A program made the position numbers and the translations under genes. From Nitrosopumilus sp. (GTDB taxonomy: Archaea; Thermoproteota; Nitrososphaeria; Nitrososphaerales; Nitrosopumilaceae), in assembly GCA_965224195.1 (NCBI GenBank), contig OZ245040.1, forward strand, positions 608,001-672,000: DNA of 64,000 nucleotides. Direction: 5' to 3'. The notes beneath the pieces are model-generated. The model saw only the letters and a program-made list of their open reading frames with translations, was not told where the DNA came from and ran no database searches. Shown here one piece after another: positions 53,403 through 61,800 of the stretch (positions within the stretch are counted from its first letter, which is position 1; every line of letters starts with the position of its first letter).

Positions 53403-54581
53403 TTATTTCGAGTTTTGTTTAGACAATTCCATCAAACTTTTAATTTTATTTTCACCTAATTGTAAATCAATTCCAGCTTGTTCAGCAGGTGTTTTCTTTA
53501 GTGATGAATGTATTCTTACAAAGTTGTAATGAATCCTCATAGATTCAATTATTTTCTGAGCTGAATCTTTTGTTTGCATACCTCTCATTACTTTCTCTCT
53601 GTCTCTCATTGTTCCATTCAATCTTTCAACACGAGAGTTTAATCCCTCATTTCTAACTGAAATGCTACGAATATTTTTTACTCTAGGGTTTTTTAATGTA
53701 AAAAATTCTTTTTGGAAAGCTTCGTTGTATGATGGTAAACCATCATGAATCACAGCGTATGTTTTGTCACTTTTTGTTTTAGCATCTGCAAAAACTTTTC
53801 TTGCATCTGATACTTCACGTCTTTGACTCACCATACTGCTAACCCAAAATCTTGATGATTCATCTAGATAGTTCCACAACCATTGATAGTGACCTTTGCC
53901 AATTTCTTCACGTCGTGTATGTACTACCATCTCATCAACTTCAAAAACTCCACCCATTTTTGGGCTCAATGAATCAACAAAAGGAGATACAACTTCACCA
54001 AATCTTTGAACCCATCTAAGCACAGAAACATTTGATACTTTTACCCCATAGAATTATTTGACATGATCAGCCACTTTTCTCAGGCTCACACCCTTGAAAT
54101 AAAGGTCAATACACGCACAAATTAGCTTGGGGTCTTTCTTGCAGTTCTCAAATCCTATGTTAATGACAAATCGATATTCACAATCTCGACATAGATATTT
54201 TTGAGAATCTCCTTTTTTGTTATGTCGTACACCATCTTTGACTAATTTCTCACTAGAACATTTTAGGCATTTTTTAGAATCTAAAGTATGTAGGATTCCG
54301 TTTTGAGGTACTATCTTTTCTCGAAGTTTCTTGGAAAAAATAACTATCCATGCGTGTTTGCATTGAATACGTCGGTACACCCAATCTTTGCAAGTACAAC
54401 TCCAATGTCCGTCTTGACGCCCATTTAGATTGTGACCGTATTCTTTTCTTACTGTATACCAAACATCATCACCAGACTCCGATCTAACTTGATAGTGTAA
54501 TTTATTGATTCTCTTGATCGCATCTTCTCTGTTTGCAAGTCTTAATCCTCGTATCTCTCTAGGTTCTAACTTTTGGTACAT
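53403..54581 (-). pseudogene. SWIM zinc finger + zinc ribbon + DDE (IS6-like) transposase with one in-frame TAA
   Basis: CTCKD...CKH, CLKC...CRDC, EVDEM, HDGLPSY, VERLNGT, HYNFVRIH; the two track ORFs share a frame and are separated by TAA at 54054-54056. Confidence 0.85.
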
Positions 54582-54642
54582 ACTATAGTATATACTACCA
54601 ATGTATATAAATTTTAATATACTGTGGTATATACCAATAAAC

Positions 54643-54798
54643 ATGGTTGACCAAGCTGATGTTAAAATCTACAAGGTAGGTAATAGACACAGCATAAACT
54701 TGCCTAGTAATTTGGTTAATGACAGTTCATTTCCATTTGAACCAATTGAGAATCTAAAAATTAAGATTGACGGTAAGAAATTAGTCATAACACGTTAA
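54643..54798 (+). CDS. AbrB/MazE-like small DNA-binding protein
   Basis: KIYKVGNRHSINLP...FPF...LKIKIDGKKLVI. Confidence 0.65.
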   Translation: MVDQADVKIYKVGNRHSINLPSNLVNDSSFPFEPIENLKIKIDGKKLVITR

Positions 54799-54829
54799 TC
54801 AAAACGTACACAAAAAAGAATTTGAGATA

Positions 54830-55126
54830 TTATGCTTCTATGGTGGTGTCTACTAATTGATCTAGATACAAATTAAGTGCTTTTTCCATATTAACACCAA
54901 TAGTAGTCAATGAATAAATAACAAAATTTCTTCCAGTTTTATTTTTTGTAGATGATGGCTCAATAATTTCATAATTTTTTAATAAACTCATTTTTTTAGA
55001 TAATGTTGCATCTGAAATGTTCAGATTATCTTTAAGATCTTGGTATCTTTGATTGGGATTTGATTTTAGATTTTTTAAAATATCAGCTATAATTGGGTCA
55101 AGTAAGAATTTATTATTTACAGACAT
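54830..55126 (-). CDS. Winged-helix (HxlR/MarR-like) regulator
   Basis: RYQDLK...ISDATLSKKM...YSLTTIG. Confidence 0.8.
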   Translation of the reverse strand: MSVNNKFLLDPIIADILKNLKSNPNQRYQDLKDNLNISDATLSKKMSLLKNYEIIEPSSTKNKTGRNFVIYSLTTIGVNMEKALNLYLDQLVDTTIEA

Positions 55127-55248
55127 GAACCACTACTTTTCTTAGTGTATAAATATGTAATAAGGGTAACTTTAGTCAGCCAAAGTAAGCTTTTGTCAAA
55201 CAAACTATACTTTAGCTATATTATTTAGCAGTATAACCGTGATCAAGC

Positions 55249-55368
55249 ATGGCGAAAAAATACGTCTACAAAGACTGCCACAAGACATCTTCAGGAAAGT
55301 CGTCTTGTACAAGAGTCTCAAAAACACCTGCACGAAAAAGCAGTGTTAAATTCACTAAACGAAAGTGA
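55249..55368 (+). CDS. 39-aa Lys/Ser-rich basic peptide (not in ORF track)
   Basis: MAKKYVYKDCHKTSSGKSSCTRVSKTPARKSSVKFTKRK, divergent from the wHTH gene. Confidence 0.4.
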   Translation: MAKKYVYKDCHKTSSGKSSCTRVSKTPARKSSVKFTKRK

Positions 55369-55865
55369 GAAATAGATATCTATTCTAGGCGAGCAGATTA
55401 TTCTAAATCCTTTCTTTTTTTTAAAATACTCCTATAAAGGAATTCATGCCTATCAGTCGAAACGTAGCACGAGAAGAAATCAGCCGTATTCATAGCAGAA
55501 CTATAAGTCAAAAAATAATTAAATTTGATCTTTATCCCATTCTTTCCATTTTTTAGCAATGCTTTCGTAGTGTCGGTTTACCATCACCATAATCAACACT
55601 GTCATAAGTAACTAAAGAATTTTCATCAGCATTAAAAATTAAAAGTGATTCTAAAATAGTAGGTCTCTCTGCTGCAGTTACGCCATAATCAAAGATGTTT
55701 TCTGTAACTTTTGTCACTTCATCAATATTATAGCCCCTGATGATTTCTTGGGATTCAATTTTTTGTTCGCCTGTTATGTTCATAATTATTAAACGCATAA
55801 CATTTGTTTAAACATTTTAAGTTTAAACATATAAAGTTTATAAATTAAAGATTACAAAAAATAGT

Positions 55866-56015
55866 ATGAGTGTAAAAGCAGAAGGTGATTACTGGAAGCA
55901 TACTTGTCTAATATGTGAATTAATTTGGTATTCTAAAAATGAAAATCCTAAAGTTTGTAGCAATACCGAATGTACCAATAGAACAAACTGGAAAACAGGA
56001 AAAAGGAGACAATAA
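55866..56015 (+). CDS. 49-aa zinc-ribbon microprotein (not in ORF track)
   Basis: HTCLICELIWYSKNENPKVCSNTECTNRTNW. Confidence 0.65.
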   Translation: MSVKAEGDYWKHTCLICELIWYSKNENPKVCSNTECTNRTNWKTGKRRQ

Positions 56016-56022
56016 AAACTAC

Positions 56023-57366
56023 ATGAATAAATATAAAAAAAAATTCTTAATTGTTGGTTCAGGTGGCCGTGAAAGCGCGTTTGCAACTAGACTTGCAGAA
56101 GATATAGAATTGTATGCATTTATTGGCCACAAAAACAAAACAATAATTGATTGTGTAAATCAAACAAATGGAAAATATGAAATTGGAAATACCAATGATC
56201 CGAATCAAATTTTAGAATTTGCAAAAACCAATAAAATTGATTATGCCTTTGTTTCTGCAGATGAGCCGCTAGCTAATGGTGTTATTAATATTTTAATTTC
56301 AAATAATATCAAGGCAATTGGTGGTACAAAAGAAGCTGCACGAATAGAATGGGACAAAGTGTATTCTATTGAAATGATGCAAAAAATATGTCCTGAATTT
56401 ACGCCTTTTTACCAAATTATCTCAAAACCAGCAGAATTGAATGATGCGTTACATGAATTTGAATTACGAGGTTTACAAGTTGTAGTAAAACCACAGGGTC
56501 TTACAGGTGGCAAAGGTGTAAAAGTAATGCCAGAACATTTGGCAACTTGGCAAGACTGTACTGATTATGCCTCATTACTACTCAAACAATACCCAGATGA
56601 GCAAGTACTATTAGTTGAAAAATTAGAAGGCATAGAATTTACAATTATGGGAATTACTGACGGTACAAATCTTGTAATTTCACCGGCAAGCTATGACTAT
56701 CCATTTAGATATGAGAATGACGTTGGCGCTGGAACTGGCGGCATGGGCTGTTTTACAAGCAATGAAAAAAAATTACCATTTATGACAGATGATGATTTAG
56801 AAAATTGTAAATTTATTATGCAAAAAATCATAGATGAAATACGACATAGAGATTATTTTTTTAATGGCGTACTAAATGGCGGATTTTTCAAGACTAAGGA
56901 TGGCATCAAATTTATGGAATTTAATGGCCGTTTTGGTGATCCAGAAGGCCTGAATATACTCAGTATTCTTGAAGGCTCTTTCTCTGAACTTTTAATCCAT
57001 ATTTGGAACAAAACACTGTCAGATAATGTAATATCATTTATCAAAAAAGCAAGTGTAACAAAGTACTTGGTAGCAAAAGAATACCCAAATGAAAGTCAAG
57101 AAACAAGTTCTTTTTTTATTGATGAAAAACAAATTAATCAGCTTGGCGTAAAAATATATTTTGGTTCCTGTGTTCAGACAGGCCAGCATGAATATCAAAC
57201 TTTAAAAAAATCAAGAGTTGTTGCTTTTAGTAGCATTTCAGATGTTATTTCAGATGCCTCAGATATAATAAATTATGTAATTGATACCCATGTATCTGGT
57301 TCATTGGAATACAGACGTGATATTGGTGCTAAAAAAAGCCTGCAAAAACTTGAACAATTGCTATAA
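56023..57366 (+). CDS. purD: Phosphoribosylamine--glycine ligase
   Basis: LIVGSGGRE, GGKGVKV, TGGMG, EFNGRFGDPE, YRRDIG; start moved to ATG 56023. Confidence 0.9.
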   Translation: MNKYKKKFLIVGSGGRESAFATRLAEDIELYAFIGHKNKTIIDCVNQTNGKYEIGNTNDPNQILEFAKTNKIDYAFVSADEPLANGVINILISNNIKAIGGTKEAARIEWDKVYSIEMMQKICPEFTPFYQIISKPAELNDALHEFELRGLQVVVKPQGLTGGKGVKVMPEHLATWQDCTDYASLLLKQYPDEQVLLVEKLEGIEFTIMGITDGTNLVISPASYDYPFRYENDVGAGTGGMGCFTSNEKKLPFMTDDDLENCKFIMQKIIDEIRHRDYFFNGVLNGGFFKTKDGIKFMEFNGRFGDPEGLNILSILEGSFSELLIHIWNKTLSDNVISFIKKASVTKYLVAKEYPNESQETSSFFIDEKQINQLGVKIYFGSCVQTGQHEYQTLKKSRVVAFSSISDVISDASDIINYVIDTHVSGSLEYRRDIGAKKSLQKLEQLL

Positions 57367-57459
57367 AATTAACTGCCAAAACAATTTACACAGACTAGCC
57401 TATCATCATCATCAATACAGAATGTTTCAGTGTGCCAGAATATTGGGATGAGTTTGATT

Positions 57460-57651
57460 TCATTTGTCTTCATCCTTTTTCTTTGATCTAATTGCAATAC
57501 AATCATCATACAATTCTACAATATTTGTTTCATTTACTTTTAATGGAAAATTTGGACTTGATGCAATTGCCATTGGCAAATAATGCGCCTTCTCTTTTGC
57601 TTTTAATTTGATTAAACGACCCTCTGCAGATGCAATTATTTTTTTAGTCAT
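57460..57651 (-). CDS. Second AbrB-like small protein
   Basis: YLPMAIASSPNFPLK...IVELYDDCIAIR parallels the 54643 protein. Confidence 0.5.
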   Translation of the reverse strand: MTKKIIASAEGRLIKLKAKEKAHYLPMAIASSPNFPLKVNETNIVELYDDCIAIRSKKKDEDK

Positions 57652-58099
57652 TTTTCATATCAGCCTCTACCATGCCTTTAGTGGCCAAATACCGCCAGCT
57701 GGTGGAATTAAAGCCGTTCTTGGACAGACAGTCAAGATTACTAGTCGAAAACAATTCAGAGTAGATCATAATCCTGCAAACAAATTTGACACACCTGATA
57801 CAGATGGAAAAGTAACAAAATATGTTGTCATCACTGAAGAACCATATTCTGCATTAGTAAAAGGTGAGACAATAAAAGTATCAAGTTTCTTTGCATCACA
57901 AAGTCACTATGACCAATTGAAAAATCTTGTACCGGATGGAAAATCTGAAACATTAGATAAAATGTTTGAAGATGGTAAAATTTCACCTGAAATAGTACCA
58001 TGCAAAGTAAAAGGTGGAACTTGTGGGAAATATTTTACCTGGCTAACACCTGAAGCACATGCAAAGGCACAAGCTAATGGCGACTTGTACAAAGAATAG
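57608..58099 (+). CDS. Hypothetical protein, start uncertain
   Basis: Long open frame followed by a T-rich terminator-like tract. Confidence 0.5.
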   Translation: MIKRPSADAIIFLVIFHISLYHAFSGQIPPAGGIKAVLGQTVKITSRKQFRVDHNPANKFDTPDTDGKVTKYVVITEEPYSALVKGETIKVSSFFASQSHYDQLKNLVPDGKSETLDKMFEDGKISPEIVPCKVKGGTCGKYFTWLTPEAHAKAQANGDLYKE

Positions 58100-58772
58100 G
58101 AGAAATCCTTCTTTTTTATTTTTTTCCTACATTAAAATCCATTAAATCACACTAATACCAATTAAAATTGAAGTTAGATATTGAATTAGCATGTATACTA
58201 TGGCACTTGGCCAATTAAGGCAAAGACGCAATGAACCGGGCCATATTTGGGCTCAACACAAACACAGATCAGTTAGAAAAGGTAAAAACGTAATTCATAA
58301 AAATTCATGCCCAACACTATTTTTTGGTATTATAGAATCACAACCAGATAATATTATACTTTTATAACAGATGCACCTGCAAGCTCAAAGTCTTTGCCAC
58401 CAACAGATGCAAAAATAGCAGCAGATACAGTCTCGTAAATATATGCCGTATAATTTTGAAACTCTGCACCGCATGCAGAACGCATTACCAAGTCATTTAT
58501 TTTCTCATTGTGAACATCATATGCAATGCGGCATTTATTTGCAAACCCGTCACAGTTCAATTGTGACAGTCTGCTGTTTCATATGCGCTTATGCCTTACC
58601 TTAGATGAGCATACTCTAGTGTCAAATACTAACGCTTGGACTGTTGTTACAGTCCTCTTTTCAAGAATTTAAGACAAGACAAGCTGGCAAAACCCAGATT
58701 ACAAAATGATTAAATACATGTGTTTTCTGGTTAATATGTGCATATTGCTTATATCTTGCCTATCACTGATTT

Positions 58773-58807
58773 GGGGGGGGGGGGTGTGTGTGCGTGTGCG
58801 TGCGTGC
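58773..58807 (+). repeat. G12 homopolymer followed by an alternating (TG/CG) tract
   Basis: ggggggggggggtgtgtgtgcgtgtgcgtgcgtgc, about 90 bp upstream of the giant ORF. Confidence 0.9.
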
Positions 58808-58894
58808 AGAAGCGAGACTCCCATTGCCTGAATATTTTGTAGCCCAAAGTCCTGCCTTTCTTGATGGCATGACGATGACGGAGTCTTTGTAGCC

Positions 58895-61800
58895 ATGGCT
58901 CCAAAGAGTGTCTTTTTGCTGTTTTTGCTTTTCTCAGTTCTTGCATTGTCTGGCATGTCTCTTGTGTCTGCACAGGCACCATCACCGGGCAGTCCTGTTG
59001 CAGTTACACCTGATAGCACCCCGCCAACCTTCGAGTCAGCAGCACTGGATGAGGGAACCGGAGTTTTGGCAATAACTTTTAATGAGATAATTGCAAACGA
59101 GGGCTTTGACTTGTCTACTGCCGTCTATACAGACAACTCTTTCTCAGTATCTAACAAGGACAACTCTCCAACAGGTATGGCATTCAACACAAATGGAACA
59201 AAGATGTTTGTTGTAGGTTATAATACTGGCAAAATCTACGAGTACGAATTAACTACTCCCTTTGACGTATCCTCCTCCGACTATAAACGCGATTTCTCAG
59301 TATTTTCAGAGGAAAACACTCCAGAAGGCGTGGCATTCAACCCTGCTGGAACAAAGATGTTTGTTGTAGGTGCTGGCAGTGATAAGGTCAATGAGTACAC
59401 ATTAACTACTCCCTTTAACTTATCCACTGCCTCCTATACACGCAATTTCTCAGTATCTTCAGAGGACACGTATCCAGAAGGCGTGGCATTCAACCCGGCT
59501 GGAACAAAGATGTTTGTTGTAGGTTCTAATTATGGTAATGTCTACGAGTACACATTAACTACTCCCTTTAACGTATCTACTGCCGCCTATACAGACAACT
59601 CTTTCTCAGTATCTAACAGAGACACGTCTCCGTCAGGTGTGGCATTTAACCCGGCTGGAACAAAGATGTTTGTTGTAGGTTATGATGGTCACAATGTTAA
59701 CGAGTACACATTAACTGCTCCATTTGACATATCCAATGTCTCCCATACAGGCACTCTCTTAGTACGTTCACAGGACGGGACTCCGGCAGATGTAGCATTC
59801 AACCCTGCTGGAACAAAGATGTTTGTTGTAGGTTATTCTGGCGGGAATATCCACGAGTATGCATTGTCTACTCCAGTTGACCTATCCAAATTATTCATCA
59901 GTGAGTTAGCAAGTGTTAATGGTACCGGCACGGTACTGACTGGTGCCAGCATTGAAACTGTCGGCAACAGCGCCTCCATAGAGATCAAGATGACCGAATC
60001 CCAAAGGCAGTCAGTCATTGCATTGGCTACCCCAGAACTGGACATCATGGCAGCAGCAGTATCTGATGTTTCAGGCAATCAAATAGTTGCAGCACTAGAC
60101 AATATCATTGCAGTAACTAACAGTGTAGCAGCAGTATCACCACCACCACTTGCTGCGCCAACTGGCCTTTCAGTGGCAGTACAGGGCACCACAGCTACCA
60201 TCACCTGGACTGCACCTGCAATATCGGCCAATTCATTCTATGACATTAATTCCGTATCCTATATCGTGAATGTCACTGATACTGCTGCTGGCACCACCGT
60301 ACCGTATACCGTACCTGCTGGCACCACTACCACACATACGGCAACAAACCTGATACCGGGCAAATCTTATGAGGTAACCGTAGAGGCAAAAGCCTTGTTG
60401 TCAGATTCAACCGTTCTGTCCTCCCAACCTACCGCAGCTGTATCCTTTGCTGTGTCTGAACCTCCATCACTTGATGCTCCAACCAACCTTTCAGTGGCTG
60501 TATCTGGCACCACAGCTACTATTACTTGGACTGCACCTACAGTGGATACCAATGACTTCTATACCATTAATAATGTGAGTTATCAAGTGACTGTCCTTGA
60601 TTCTGACGGTTCTGGTGCTGCATCAAGTGGTTCTATAACTGGCACCTCATATACGGCAACAAACCTGACACCGGGTGAGTCATACAATGTATATGTAGTT
60701 GCATATGCTGTCGTTGGATCAAGCTATACTGTGGAATCAGTTGAGGTATCTGCCTCCTTTAATATGCCTGCAGCAGCAGTAGTAGTAGTAGATAGCGGTG
60801 CAGGCACACCGCCATCACCAGATCAGATTAAAGTACAAAATTTAGAGATAGAAAAAACAGGTAACAAAAGAGTTACTTTAACATGGAAAGCACCAGCAAA
60901 TTCAGGTGATAAAGAATTAGATTATTATAGTATCTCATACAATTGTCCTGCTACTCATGGTACAAAATATACTGAGATTCATACTGGCTTTACATCTGTG
61001 TCTATAGATAATTTGGATATAAGCGGCATATGCAGGTTTCAAGTAACTCCAATATATCCTTCTGGTGGTGGTGTTAATAGTCTAATATTTCCTGGTGTTG
61101 ATGGTGGTGTTACTGATAAAGGATTATCAGCTCCTCTAAAAGACATACCATTTACTGAAACACCAAAAGACATACGATTAACTGCTGCAATGAGTGGCAG
61201 TGATGCAATCAAGGTGTCATGGCTTCCAATATCCAGTGATATAGTTTTTTATGAACTGTCTTTGGGTGATGGTGATGACTCACGCGGATTTCAGCCTTTA
61301 AAGGACTTTAAATATGAAGATGATAGGCCAACATCACAAATAATTAAAAACGTTGATCCTGGACGTACATATACTATTTACTTGGTTCTATACAATTATG
61401 AGGGCTCGGTACATTCTACTACTTTTATTAAATATACAGTACCTGTTGACAGCATCCCGCCAAAATTAGAGTCAGCCGCACTGGATGAGGAAACAGGAGT
61501 CCTGACAATAACTTTTGATGAGATAATAGCAAACGAGGGCTTGTCTACTGCCCCCTTTGATTTATCCAAACTGTTCATCAGTGAGTCGGGAAGTGTTAAT
61601 GGTACCGGCACGGCACTGAGCGGTGCCAGCATTGAAACTGTCGGCAACAGCACCTCCATAGAGATCAAGCTGACCGAATCCCAAAGACTGGCAGTCATTG
61701 CATTAACTGTCCCAGAACTGGACATCCTAGAAGCGGCAGTATTTGATGTTTCAGGCAATCAAATAGCTGCGGCACTAGACAATGCCATTGCAGTAACTAA

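Noticed and set aside
54054-54056. Stop-codon recoding in transposases (also TGA at 3538)
   Set aside because: Simple nonsense mutations explain both; the second IS copy has TGG at the equivalent site.
55939-56022. N-terminal extension of PurD in the track
   Set aside because: It overlaps a better zinc-ribbon ORF in another frame, and PurD similarity begins after ATG 56023.
59105-59880. Calling a bona fide diversity-generating retroelement
   Set aside because: No reverse transcriptase or template repeat in the window, and synonymous adenines in the core are invariant; kept only as a hypothesis.
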